Source: Candidatus Latescibacterota bacterium
GTDB lineage: Bacteria; Latescibacterota; UBA2968; UBA8231
Reading direction: 5' to 3'
DNA length: 64,000 bases
Assembly: GCA_965208105.1 (NCBI GenBank)
Contig: OZ242318.1
Span: 992,001 to 1,056,000, forward strand
Shown here one piece after another: positions 38,107 to 47,478 of the stretch. The notes under the pieces were generated by a model. The model did not search any database. It saw only the letters and a program-made list of their open reading frames with translations, and had not been told where the DNA came from. The position numbers and the translations under genes were made by a program. Position 1 is the first letter of the stretch; every line of letters begins with the position of its first letter.

Positions 38107-38272
38107 GTGGTACCTCCTTTGCTAACGGGATGATGGTTGAAACCATTTTCACAGGTCAGAGGTGTATTAGAGAAGCGGAAGTGGCGTATGTTCAGGTACA
38201 ATCAAATTATTTTACGATAAAAGCTCCGCAAAATAAGGTAATTTGGTACCAAATGCCGATAAATCAGTGTAA

Positions 38273-40021
38273 TCACCCCTCCTCGTAGACAGCCTCCCCG
38301 CGGTGCAGCCGCTGGGCGATCTGGAGCGTCTGGAGCAGCTCGCGCTGAGTGGGCGCCTTGGCCGCCAGATAACGGGCCGCGGCCACCATCAGAATCCGCT
38401 GCTCGCCGACGTCGCTGCGCTCACCGTACTGGCGGATGGCTGCCTCGAGCATCTGGAAGCTGTGGAACTCGGCGTCCTCTCTCGCCAGGGATTCCGCCAG
38501 CGCGCGGAACAGGGATCCCGGTTCACCGCCCGAGGTCAGATAGCCGTACACCAGCCGCCCGGCTTCATCGACCTGCTGCTGCTGGTTGAGCAGATGGAGG
38601 TATCCCTCCAGTGCCTTGTCATGGCCATCGCCCACCTCTCCCGCTCCGGGTTCAGGCAAGCGTGCCGCCGGAACATTGAGGAAACGGTCGAGGTAGACGC
38701 GCATCGCCCCATGGTATACGCCGCGCAGCATCTCGGCCGACTCGGCTCTCTTCAGCATCTGGTGCAATGCGTTGGCGTAGGAAAAGGTGTGCAGCACCGA
38801 GATCCAGTCGGAGAACTCGTTCTGCACGTGAAACCTGGCGATGCGCAGCGCCGCTGCCTGCGCTACCGCCTCCGCCAGCTGCACCGGGCGCGCGCCCTGC
38901 CCCAGAGCTTCGTTCAGCGCCGCTACGATCGCATGAGGATCGTCCCCTAGAAGCTCCTCCGCGAATCCACTGCCTCGTTTCCACTCCCCTCCCCTGCCTT
39001 CTTCCTGCAGTCGATTCAGCGAGTCGAAGGTCTCGCTCAGCAGCGTCACGAGATCGACCGGAGAGCGCCAGCTGTTCTGCTCTTCGCTGCGCTGCGCCCC
39101 GCTCAGCTGGCGAATAAGGGAGGGCAGGACCTCTGCCGCGTGCTCCCAGCCAATGCGGTCGAGCAGCTCGAATGCCTTGTTGATGAAGTCGATGACATGG
39201 CCGCCGTCGAGGTAGAAGTGGTCGGTCGCCGCCGCCACCATCATCTCGGCCAGGTCGGCCTGGCTCGATGGGCGCTCGATGGCTGCCAGCAAGGTGCGTT
39301 CGGCTCCATCGGCGTTGCGCACTTCGATCAAGTAGCGGAACCACCGTCTCAGCGATGGGTGCGGGATAGCCTTGCTCTCGAGAGGCCGCAAGGGGATTCG
39401 CGGCGGCTGACCGCTGGTGTTCGACGCCACGTGCAGGACCCCCTGGTACAAGGGCGCGATGCGCTCGTCGCCTTCGAGGCGGTCGCTCACGTTGGCCATC
39501 GCCGACAGGATCGTCATGCCATCCGCCCAACCCGAACGCCTCCGGCGCACCCCGTACAGGCCGCTTGTCCGCACGATCTCGTTCGGATCCGCCCCGGCGC
39601 GGATGAGCGCGACGACGGCTTTGGCGACCACCAGCCTGATGTTCTGGTCCATTCCCTCTTCGAGCCGGCGCAGTCCGCGCTCGACCGGGTCGCGCGAGGG
39701 TGCGGAAACATCGATGTATACGCGGCCGTCCTTGACTTCGACCGGGTAGACCGTCGCGTCGTCGGCAAACAGATCGAAGGTGCAACCGCTCTTGAGATCG
39801 AAGCGGGCGTGATGCCAGTGGCAGGTCAGGATGCCGTCCTCGATGGTTCCGCGATGCAAGGGGAACCCCATGTGCGGACAGCGGTTGTCCACCGCGTGCA
39901 GGTCGCCTTCCGAGTAGAATACGACGATCGGCACAGGTCCGCCCGGGACCACGGCCCTCCCCTTGAGCTTGATCTCATCCAGAGATCCCGCGTCCAGCAG
40001 TTTCGTCGCTGAGTTTTCCAT
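38273..40021 (-). CDS. Rieske [2Fe-2S] ferredoxin fused to a helical His-containing domain
   Basis: NRCPHMG, TCHWHHARFDL; later GGHVIDF, LHTFSYAN, EFHSFQ. Confidence 0.82.
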   Translation of the reverse strand: MENSATKLLDAGSLDEIKLKGRAVVPGGPVPIVVFYSEGDLHAVDNRCPHMGFPLHRGTIEDGILTCHWHHARFDLKSGCTFDLFADDATVYPVEVKDGRVYIDVSAPSRDPVERGLRRLEEGMDQNIRLVVAKAVVALIRAGADPNEIVRTSGLYGVRRRRSGWADGMTILSAMANVSDRLEGDERIAPLYQGVLHVASNTSGQPPRIPLRPLESKAIPHPSLRRWFRYLIEVRNADGAERTLLAAIERPSSQADLAEMMVAAATDHFYLDGGHVIDFINKAFELLDRIGWEHAAEVLPSLIRQLSGAQRSEEQNSWRSPVDLVTLLSETFDSLNRLQEEGRGGEWKRGSGFAEELLGDDPHAIVAALNEALGQGARPVQLAEAVAQAAALRIARFHVQNEFSDWISVLHTFSYANALHQMLKRAESAEMLRGVYHGAMRVYLDRFLNVPAARLPEPGAGEVGDGHDKALEGYLHLLNQQQQVDEAGRLVYGYLTSGGEPGSLFRALAESLAREDAEFHSFQMLEAAIRQYGERSDVGEQRILMVAAARYLAAKAPTQRELLQTLQIAQRLHRGEAVYEEG

Positions 40022-40111
40022 GACTATTCCTTTCGCTTGGCCTTCTTCTCCCAGGTCGTTCCCGGTCGCGAAAGCCGATGGGAAAGAGGCTCCCTGATGA
40101 GCCCTGGACAG

Positions 40112-40142
40112 AACCTACAACTTCAAGTATACTTGAAGTCAA
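40112..40142 (-). promoter_or_regulatory. SoxR box within a MerR-type promoter with a 19-bp spacer
   Basis: Perfect palindrome ACTTCAAGTATACTTGAAGT (40120-40139); minus strand TTGACT-19 nt-TAGGTT. Confidence 0.85.
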
Positions 40143-40152
40143 GGAAATTTTT

Positions 40153-40623
40153 ATGACGGAACTCTCACCCTCCCTGACCATCGGTGAGGTAGCGGCGCGA
40201 AGCGGGGTAGCGACCTCTGCGCTGCGCTTCTACGAGGAGCAGGGACTGATCTCTTCCGAGCGGACCAGTGGCAACCAGCGGCGGTTTCCACGGGCCGTAT
40301 TGCGGCGCGTAGCCGTCATCCGGGCCGCCCAGGCGACCGGCGTAACTCTGCGGGAAATCCGCTCAGCGCTGGATGGGCTTCCCGAAGGGCGCACGCCGAA
40401 CAAAGCGGACTGGGCCAGCATGTCGCGTGGCTGGAGGGACCAGCTCGAGGAGCGAATCGAGGTGCTGGAGAAGTTGAAAGAGGGCCTGACCGGCTGCATA
40501 GGCTGTGGCTGCCTGTCCCTGCGGACGTGCTGGCTGTTCAACCAGGGTGACGAGATAGCATCTCGCGTTGACGGCAGCTTGCTGATGGGAAGACCTGAGC
40601 CGAGGAGCCCATCCTCCAGGTGA
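40153..40623 (+). CDS. soxR: Redox-sensitive transcriptional activator SoxR
   Basis: IGEVAARSGVA.SALRFYE, GNQRRF, GCIGCGCLSL..C. Confidence 0.93.
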   Translation: MTELSPSLTIGEVAARSGVATSALRFYEEQGLISSERTSGNQRRFPRAVLRRVAVIRAAQATGVTLREIRSALDGLPEGRTPNKADWASMSRGWRDQLEERIEVLEKLKEGLTGCIGCGCLSLRTCWLFNQGDEIASRVDGSLLMGRPEPRSPSSR

Positions 40624-40832
40624 GGTGCCAATAACACGACTAGGAACGGCTCGGCGGCACCGGCCTGGAGGTCTTCGAACCGTAGATCCTTCCCGGCGAC
40701 TCACCGCTGCGTACAGGGGCGATATCCTGCTGACGAGCCATACGGCCTGGTTTGGCGAAGCTTCGATTTAGGACGCGTGGGTCGAGGCCGAGGAGAGTGT
40801 GATAGGTGCGACAGAAGTTCTCGACGAATAGC

Positions 40833-40872
40833 TTGACATTCTTCGACGGCAAACTAAGTTTAGCTAAGCTTA
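40833..40872 (+). promoter_or_regulatory. TA promoter/operator
   Basis: TTGACA followed by overlapping palindromes AAACTAAGTTT, TTAGCTAA, TAAGCTTA, then the AAGGAG RBS. Confidence 0.55.
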
Positions 40873-40886
40873 AAAGGAGTTGATCC

Positions 40887-41126
40887 ATGCACATCACCAA
40901 TATCCACCAGGCTAAAACGCAGCTCTCCAGACTGATCGAACGGGTACTCCAGGGAGAGGAGATCGTCATCGGTCGAGCTGGCAAGCCGGTGGCCAAACTC
41001 GTTCCCTACGAGCGGTCGGTCCAGCCCCGCCAGGGGGGACAGTGGCGCGGCCAAGTCACGATAGAGGACAACTTCGACGAGTTGCCCGAAGCAATAGCGG
41101 CGGCCTTCAGGGGCGAACAACCGTGA
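40887..41126 (+). CDS. Phd/YefM-family antitoxin (VapB)
   Basis: NIHQAKTQLSRL..GEEIVI.RAGKPVAKLVP. Confidence 0.88.
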   Translation: MHITNIHQAKTQLSRLIERVLQGEEIVIGRAGKPVAKLVPYERSVQPRQGGQWRGQVTIEDNFDELPEAIAAAFRGEQP

Positions 41127-41500
41127 ATCTCCTCCTGGACACCCACGTGCTATTGTGGTGGCTCGACGACCCCACCCTCCTTGCTCCGGCCGCCCGGGTA
41201 GCCATCGGCCAAGGCCGGAACGCGGTTTTCATCAGCGCGGCAGCCGCCTGGGAAATCGCCGTCAAAAAGGCGCTGGGCCGGCTGAAGGCGCCGGACAACC
41301 TGGAAGAGGTCCTGGAGGAAGAACGCTTTCAACCACTGCCCATCACCCTGGCGCACGCCCTGGCCGTGGTCTCCCTGCCCCCGATCCATCAGGACCCCTT
41401 CGATCGCATCCAGGCGGCGCAGGCGAAATTGGAGAATTTTACCCTGGTGACGCGGGACGCACGCCTCAAGCAGTACGGCATTCCCTGTATCGACGCCTGA
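41123..41500 (+). CDS. vapC: VapC PIN-domain toxin
   Basis: GTGA overlap; LLDTHVLLW, WEIAVK, HQDPFDR, LVTRD. Confidence 0.88.
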   Translation: MNLLLDTHVLLWWLDDPTLLAPAARVAIGQGRNAVFISAAAAWEIAVKKALGRLKAPDNLEEVLEEERFQPLPITLAHALAVVSLPPIHQDPFDRIQAAQAKLENFTLVTRDARLKQYGIPCIDA

Positions 41501-41639
41501 ACCTCCTTGATGGGCACGGGGCGCTGTTGTGATGGCTCGACGACCACCACCCTCCTTGCTCCGGCCGGCCGGGGTGCTTGACAAAGCGCCTTTTGGCGGG
41601 TATCTAGTGCGCTGTCAATGACCTGTTTGAGGAGGAACC

Positions 41640-42524
41640 ATGGACAATCTGACTAAACGCGCCCTGGGCCGCACCGGCATCGAGGTCACCCAACTCGGAT
41701 TTGGCGCGGCTGAGCGCGGCCTGCCGGATGAAGCGGAGTACGACGATCAGGCCGGCGGAGTCTTGAATGCGGCCCTCGATGCGGGGATCAACCTCGTCGA
41801 CACGGCCCCGGACTACGGCGCGAGCGAGGGACGGGTCGGCAAGTACCTGAGCCATCGCCGCGACGAGTTTTTCCTGGCTACCAAGTGCGGCTGCAACATC
41901 GACGAGGAGGGCAACAGACTGGACCCAAAACACCTGTGGACGGCCGAGCGCCTGCGCACCAACATCGACCGGAGTCTGCGCCGCCTGAAGACCGACTGCG
42001 TGGATCTGCTGCAGATGCACAATCCCACGGTGGAAGATGTCGAGTCGGGAGGGCTGATCGAAGTGCTCGAGGATATTCGACAGGCGGGAAAGACCCGTTT
42101 CTTCGGGGTGTCTTCTACGCTACCGCATCTGGCCGCGTTCGTGGAGTCGGGTGCGTTTGACGTGTTTCAGATTCCCTACTCAGCCCTTGAGCGCCAGCAC
42201 GAAGGGACTATTCAGCAAGCGGCCGACGCCGGGGCCGGCATTCTCATTCGCGGCGGCATCAGCCTGGGGCACCGGGCCAACGAGGAGCGCCAGTCGAAGT
42301 GGGAGCGGTCCGGTCTCGACCAACTCATCGGCGGGATGAGTCGCCACGAGTTTGTCCTGCGCTTCACCCTCGCGCATCCAGGGTGTCACACGACGATCGT
42401 CGGCACGACGAACCTCGAGCACATGAAGTCCAATGTCGCCGCGGCCCTGGCGGGGCCATTGCCCGCGGATCTCTACGCCGAGGCGAAGGCCAGGCTGGCG
42501 AGTATTGGCGAGGAGCCGGAGTAG
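41640..42524 (+). CDS. Aldo/keto reductase
   Basis: LGRTG.EV, DTAPDYG.SE, ATKCG, SLRRLKTD.VDLLQMH. Confidence 0.92.
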   Translation: MDNLTKRALGRTGIEVTQLGFGAAERGLPDEAEYDDQAGGVLNAALDAGINLVDTAPDYGASEGRVGKYLSHRRDEFFLATKCGCNIDEEGNRLDPKHLWTAERLRTNIDRSLRRLKTDCVDLLQMHNPTVEDVESGGLIEVLEDIRQAGKTRFFGVSSTLPHLAAFVESGAFDVFQIPYSALERQHEGTIQQAADAGAGILIRGGISLGHRANEERQSKWERSGLDQLIGGMSRHEFVLRFTLAHPGCHTTIVGTTNLEHMKSNVAAALAGPLPADLYAEAKARLASIGEEPE

Positions 42525-42670
42525 CTCCAGCAGAGCCGCGCTTCAGCATCCCTTTCAGGACGTCTTCGCCGAGGAGATCCTCGGGCCAGCAAGATTGGGT
42601 CGCTGTGGATTCTTCGCCATGAACCAACTACCGAAATGCACCGCTCTTGGCTACTTGAAGGAGGCCGCCC

Positions 42671-43729
42671 ATGCCTGAAACCACCGACCGACCCCTGACC
42701 CTGGCCATGGTCGGTCTGACCGCGCCCCACAGCAGGGGCTGGCTCGAGACCCTGCACACCCTGCCGGAGACCGGGCGGCTGCTGGTCTGCGACGTCGACG
42801 AGTCCGGCGGCGGTCCGGAGGTCCCGGAGGATGCCGAGGCCGTCTCGCCCGAGAATCTCCTCGAGCCGTCCTGCCGGCCCGACGCGACCCTGGTCTCCGT
42901 GCGCAATGACCAAGCCGCCGAGATCGGCTCGAAGCTGCTGGCCGGGGGGCTTCCCTGCATAGTCGAGAAGCCGGCCGGGCGCGGCAGCGGCGACATCGAG
43001 CGGCTCAACGAGGCCGCCGCCAGGGGAGGGACGATCTGGGCGCCCGGGTTCCTCAACCGCTTGCAGCCGGCGGCGCGCCGCATCCGCCGACTCGTGGTCG
43101 AGGAGCAGGCTATCGGGCGGGTCCAGTCGATCGAGGCGCGCATGGTCACCAGCTCGGTGGGCCAGCGAAACCCCGGGCACTGGCTCTTCCGCGAGGCCGT
43201 CGCCGGCGGCGGCATCCTGCACTGGCTGGCGATCCACCACGTCGACCTCGTCCGCTACCTGACTGGCGAGGAGTTCGGCTCGGTCTCCGGCTTCACGGCC
43301 ACCTTCAACCGCGGGATCGACGTGGAGGACATGGCCGCCTTCTCCTTCACCCTCCAGGGAGGCGCCCTCGGCAGCCTGCACGCCGGCTACGTGCTGCGCC
43401 AGCGCTACGGCGACATCGGCATCACCCTGCGCGGCGACCTGGGCGAGATCCTCTGGCCGCAGTTCGACTTCGCCGGCCGGCAGAACACCCTGTACATCCA
43501 CAGCGAGGGACCGCGTAGCGAGGGGCCCGGGCCCGAGGTCGTCACTCTCGAGCCGCCGGAGGGGTCCGGGTACGGCGGCGGCCTGGGCTGGGAGTTCGTC
43601 CGCCGCTTTGCCGCCGCGGCGCGCATGGGCGGGTCCTTCCTCACCGGCGGCGACGACGCCCTGCGGGCGATGCGCTTCGTGGAGGCGGCCTACGCCGCCG
43701 CCCAAAGCGGAGGACGGGTGGAGGTCTGA
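42671..43729 (+). CDS. Gfo/Idh/MocA oxidoreductase
   Basis: VEKP, GGGIL.WLAIH..D, VED. Confidence 0.85.
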   Translation: MPETTDRPLTLAMVGLTAPHSRGWLETLHTLPETGRLLVCDVDESGGGPEVPEDAEAVSPENLLEPSCRPDATLVSVRNDQAAEIGSKLLAGGLPCIVEKPAGRGSGDIERLNEAAARGGTIWAPGFLNRLQPAARRIRRLVVEEQAIGRVQSIEARMVTSSVGQRNPGHWLFREAVAGGGILHWLAIHHVDLVRYLTGEEFGSVSGFTATFNRGIDVEDMAAFSFTLQGGALGSLHAGYVLRQRYGDIGITLRGDLGEILWPQFDFAGRQNTLYIHSEGPRSEGPGPEVVTLEPPEGSGYGGGLGWEFVRRFAAAARMGGSFLTGGDDALRAMRFVEAAYAAAQSGGRVEV

Positions 43730-43841
43730 AGACGAGAATCATCGACGTCGAGCGGCCCGGGGGGCGCCGCGTGCCAAACCCGTGCGAGCTCCAGCGGAGC
43801 CGCGAGCCTGGCGGCTGACCGCACGGGAGTTTCGTAGGCCT

Positions 43842-44861
43842 ATGCACTGGAATTCCCTGGACGAGCTCGTCGAGGAGTGCGCTTTCTCCGGCGTCATCCG
43901 TGTCCGGCGACGTGGCCAGCCACTGTACGAGAAAGCTGCAGGGTTCGCCGACCGCGCCAACTCCATCGCCAATACCGCAGAGACGCGCTTTGGAATCGCT
44001 TCCGGGACGAAGCTGCTGACGGCATTGACCGTGGGCCGTCTCATCGACGCGGGTCGGCTGGACTTGACTACTCGAGTGCGCGACTGCATCTCAGGGGAGC
44101 TGCCGGATTACTCAGCGGCAATCACCATCCAGCATCTGCTTACCCACACCTCCGGGATTCCCGACTATTACGACGAAGAGTTCATTGAGGATTTCGAAAA
44201 TTTCACCGTCGACATCCCCTGGTACGAGCTGAGAGGCCCGAAGGACTATCTGCCGGTGTTCCCACAACGGGAGATGAAGTTTGCGCCGGGGGAAGGATTC
44301 TCGTACTGCAACAGCGGTTACATCTTGCTGGGCGTAGTGGTGGAAGAGGTAACCGGGAAGCGCTTTCAGGATGTCGTCGCCGAGGAGATCCTCGGGCCGG
44401 CAGGAATGGACCGCTCTGGATTCTTCGCCATGAACCAACTTCCGGAAGGCACCGCTCTTGGCTACATCGAAGACGGAGAGAGCTGGCGGACGAACACCTA
44501 CAACCTGCCCATCGTCGGCGCCTCGGACGGCGGTTTGTTCTCGACGCTGGCAGACATCGCGGCTCTCTGGGACAGGTTCTGGAACGGCGAGATCATCTCC
44601 GAGGACCTGGTGCGTACATTCAGTGCGCCTTTCTCCGATGCCAGCGGCGATTCCGGTCTCCACTACGGACACGGAATGTGGATCCGCAAACGCGCAGACG
44701 GAACTCTCCAGCACTATATCATGGGAGCGGATCCCGGTATCTCCTGCAAGTCTGCCTTCGACCGTCAGCGACGGTTGGACTACGCGGTTCTTGCGAACAC
44801 TTCCGCGTGCGCGTGGCCGATTGCAAGGGCTATCGACGACCTTCTCGGAAAAGTGGAATGA
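43842..44861 (+). CDS. Serine hydrolase (beta-lactamase class C-like)
   Basis: IASGTK (SxxK), LLTHTSG, FSYCN (YxN), GGLFST. Confidence 0.88.
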   Translation: MHWNSLDELVEECAFSGVIRVRRRGQPLYEKAAGFADRANSIANTAETRFGIASGTKLLTALTVGRLIDAGRLDLTTRVRDCISGELPDYSAAITIQHLLTHTSGIPDYYDEEFIEDFENFTVDIPWYELRGPKDYLPVFPQREMKFAPGEGFSYCNSGYILLGVVVEEVTGKRFQDVVAEEILGPAGMDRSGFFAMNQLPEGTALGYIEDGESWRTNTYNLPIVGASDGGLFSTLADIAALWDRFWNGEIISEDLVRTFSAPFSDASGDSGLHYGHGMWIRKRADGTLQHYIMGADPGISCKSAFDRQRRLDYAVLANTSACAWPIARAIDDLLGKVE

Positions 44862-45073
44862 AGCGTTGGGTCTCTAACTGAGCATGGCGCGACCACAGTA
44901 CCCATGTCCGTTCTTCTTAGCTTCCCGGGAGATTGTGGGGACGGGTCACGGTAGAATTGCCGTGATCATGGTAACTTACCCCTATACCCCAGCGAGCGCC
45001 TGATCAAAATCCGCACTAAAATTCTCAGCAGCCTCGATGCCGCACGCCAGGCGCAACGATCTTTGGTGCAGGC

Positions 45074-45709
45074 CTATGGGGGATTATTCTCCATCCAATT
45101 GCCCATGAAGTCGAAAAGTTCAAGCGAGTAAGGATCAACCTTCGGCAAGTTCCTTGCCTGTAGAGCAATCTCGCTATGGGGCGGCTGTGGGTCGGCTGTC
45201 TGTATTTCTGATACGTACCCTGGAATCGCGGAGTTCAGCGCCAAGAAGAAGCGCTTTTGAGGTTGTCTGAGCCGAAGGTGCTTCTCGAATTTTCGCCTCC
45301 TTCTTGTCAGATCGTCCTCTTTCCTCGATCTCAGTTTCTTTTCGCTGGCGGAGAGCAAGAAATACCCGTCCGGAAATCCTATCGATTTTTCCGCCACTAA
45401 CTCTCTGAGCAAACCAAAATCTCGCTTCCAGGTTGCGGGACTTTCGTAGACCCAGTCATACCAGACCTTCAGGTGGTCTCCATCCAGGACTACCAAAGCG
45501 GATTTCTTGGAATGCTCCAAGGCGATCTTCCACCTGTCAACCGACCTCTCAATGAACCAATTGGAAAGCGCTTCTCCTTCTAGATCGGGCGGAATGGCAA
45601 ACAGTGGTGGAATTTCGTCGACAACATGTGCTTGGTGTCGTTCGGCCATCGCGTACGATGTTGTCGTTTTCCCGACAGCGCTTGGTCCCTCGATGCAAAT
45701 GATCGCCAC
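45074..45709 (-). CDS. P-loop nucleotide kinase-like protein (cassette)
   Basis: IICIEGPSAVGKTT, VLDGD. Confidence 0.75.
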   Translation of the reverse strand: MAIICIEGPSAVGKTTTSYAMAERHQAHVVDEIPPLFAIPPDLEGEALSNWFIERSVDRWKIALEHSKKSALVVLDGDHLKVWYDWVYESPATWKRDFGLLRELVAEKSIGFPDGYFLLSASEKKLRSRKEDDLTRRRRKFEKHLRLRQPQKRFFLALNSAIPGYVSEIQTADPQPPHSEIALQARNLPKVDPYSLELFDFMGNWMENNPP

Positions 45710-45767
45710 TTATCACTCCGTCTCGAGTCAGGGTAGATTTTCTCCAGGGGTAATCAATTCCGATGTC

Positions 45768-45856
45768 GGCTGACGTCTCACGGTTTGCGAACCTGCGCGG
45801 CGGGTTGCCGAAGGCCAACGGCCAAACGGCGAGCGGCGTGAATTGCTGTGATATAC
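45768..45856 (-). repeat. attC-like site 1 (non-canonical GTC/GAT cores)
   Basis: ggctgac..cggtttgcgaacc..ttgccgaaggccaa..cgtgaattgctgt-gatatac. Confidence 0.75.
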
Positions 45857-45896
45857 GACGTGGCCCTTTTCTCAACAAGCTGATAAATGTGGACGC

Positions 45897-46232
45897 TCAA
45901 CTTTCACCAAGTGCTCTCGGCTCAAATACGTCGAGGACCGCTGCTTCTGAGTGTGGTCGCAGGATAGTACGCTCAGCAAATTCCTCAGCGTCTGGGTAGC
46001 CGGTAGTCCGAACACGATTGGCCGCTTTCTCAAAATCATAGAGCGTGCACCTGAACTGAACATCAGAGTCTATCATGAGCCAATGTGCACCCCGTTCTCC
46101 GTAGGGCATTGGTCCGGACACCACATCGCCCCCGATCACGAAATGATCAACCTGCTCCGCGGCAACATCCTCTATCACAGATTCAAGAGCTGGTGCATTA
46201 CCATGGATGTCATAGATGGCTGCAATTCGCAT
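45897..46232 (-). pseudogene. Metallophosphoesterase with an in-frame internal deletion (cassette)
   Basis: DIHGN..GGDVVSGPMP joined directly to YGERGAHW; the central GN.D and HG motifs are missing. Confidence 0.7.
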
Positions 46233-46312
46233 GACAGGTCTCCTTAGCTGGAGCCATGAGTATTCGAAATTGAACAACCTTCTGATGTTTTCTGATTCCT
46301 CTTGTCCATGTC

Positions 46313-46455
46313 ATATATCGTTCTGCCGGTTTGCGAACCCCGAGCTTGTTGAGGGGTTGCCCAAGGCCAAAGCGGCTATTACTTCATCTTTTATCAGGGT
46401 AAGTCTCCCATCATGTCCTGCGGAGTGCAGATCTCCGAACACGGACGTGTTAGGC
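46313..46455 (-). repeat. attC-like site 2, chimeric (contains a 74-bp PIN-TA remnant)
   Basis: atatatc..gccggtttgcgaacccc..ccaa [46372-46445, similar to 49605-49678] cgt-gttaggc. Confidence 0.78.
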
Positions 46456-46463
46456 GGCGTTGG

Positions 46464-47306
46464 TCAACTCACGCCGCCCTTCAAAAGACAACGCAGTGCA
46501 GTAAGGCTCTCCAGAGCCTTCTCTCGGGGGCGGACCTCAATGCAGTAGTCGGCGATATCCGCCTCGCTTAGACGGGGCAAAAAATCCATGAAGTCTATAA
46601 ATCCCGTTCCAATTACTCGATGTTGTCGGGGTGGCTCAGACCAATAGTCGTGCAAATGAACCTGCCTCACCTGGCTCAGATGGTTCCAAAAGTACTTCTC
46701 CAACGTCTCATCTTTTGTTCCGTCTCGATCAAAGGTTTTCGCCAGATCCCAGCACAGAAAGAGCTCCCCTGCATCCACAAACGGTCCCAGTGTATCTAGA
46801 ATCATCTCGTCCAGTTTGTAGTTTTCGCATACGAGCAGAAACCGGCCACGTACCAATCGGGTGATATCGTGAAGACTCTGGGATAGCCTCTCCAGATAGG
46901 CCGACAAAGCCGCTTTCGGAAGAGCTTGCTCTGGAGTGGTATCCGTCTTCCAGCTTGGCAAGGAACCAAGGTGAATCGTCACCAGATTGGCGCCTATGTT
47001 TTCGGCAAACCGGAAGAGGGCGCTATAGTAGTCGAAGATACCCTGCCTCAGATAGCCGTTGGTTTCAAGCAGCGAAACGGTCTCGTCCGGCGCGTGCAAT
47101 GCAATGCTCATTTGATTCCGTTGGACGAAATCAAGTATCTCTGCGCACGCCTGCGCAGACACTCCTTCGTACGAGAATCTGGGAACTTCACACGCAAGCT
47201 GTATGCCTGTGAAACCGTTCGACCTGGCATACCGAAGGGCGTCCATGATAGAATCTTCGTAGACTGCATGATAACTAATGTTCTGCAAAATATTATCGCT
47301 CTTCAT
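46464..47306 (-). CDS. Sugar phosphate isomerase/epimerase, TIM barrel (cassette)
   Basis: ALHAP, TIHLG, CEN, WD..K, VHLHD, H..IG.G.ID, IEV. Confidence 0.78.
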   Translation of the reverse strand: MKSDNILQNISYHAVYEDSIMDALRYARSNGFTGIQLACEVPRFSYEGVSAQACAEILDFVQRNQMSIALHAPDETVSLLETNGYLRQGIFDYYSALFRFAENIGANLVTIHLGSLPSWKTDTTPEQALPKAALSAYLERLSQSLHDITRLVRGRFLLVCENYKLDEMILDTLGPFVDAGELFLCWDLAKTFDRDGTKDETLEKYFWNHLSQVRQVHLHDYWSEPPRQHRVIGTGFIDFMDFLPRLSEADIADYCIEVRPREKALESLTALRCLLKGGVS

Positions 47307-47340
47307 CGCGCCTCAGATCCAGATCTTGCTTGCCAATGTC

Positions 47341-47432
47341 GCCTAAGTTTTCACAATTCACGAAGCCGCGCGGAAGCGGGTTGCCGAAGGCCAACGGCCG
47401 AACGGCGCGCGGCGTGAATTCCTGTGTTACAG
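47341..47432 (-). repeat. attC-like site 3
   Basis: gcctaag..cacaattcacg pairs with cgtgaatt(cc)tgtg; ends gttacag. Confidence 0.82.
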
Positions 47433-47478
47433 GTTGGCGGCGCGCCCCCGTCACGGCGAAGCGCTCGCAAACCCACTT

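Noticed and set aside
43772-43827. GC-rich hairpin CCCGTGCG..CGCACGGG upstream of the serine hydrolase
   Set aside because: Single copy without AAC/GTT ends; cannot be assigned as attC, REP or riboswitch.
42552-44465. Diversity-generating retroelement TR/VR pair
   Set aside because: Differences are not confined to adenines, the matching segment is internal to the gene, and no reverse transcriptase is in the window.
44862-45073. attC-like site downstream of the last cassette gene
   Set aside because: No family motifs and no end complementary to GTCAGCCGACA could be found.
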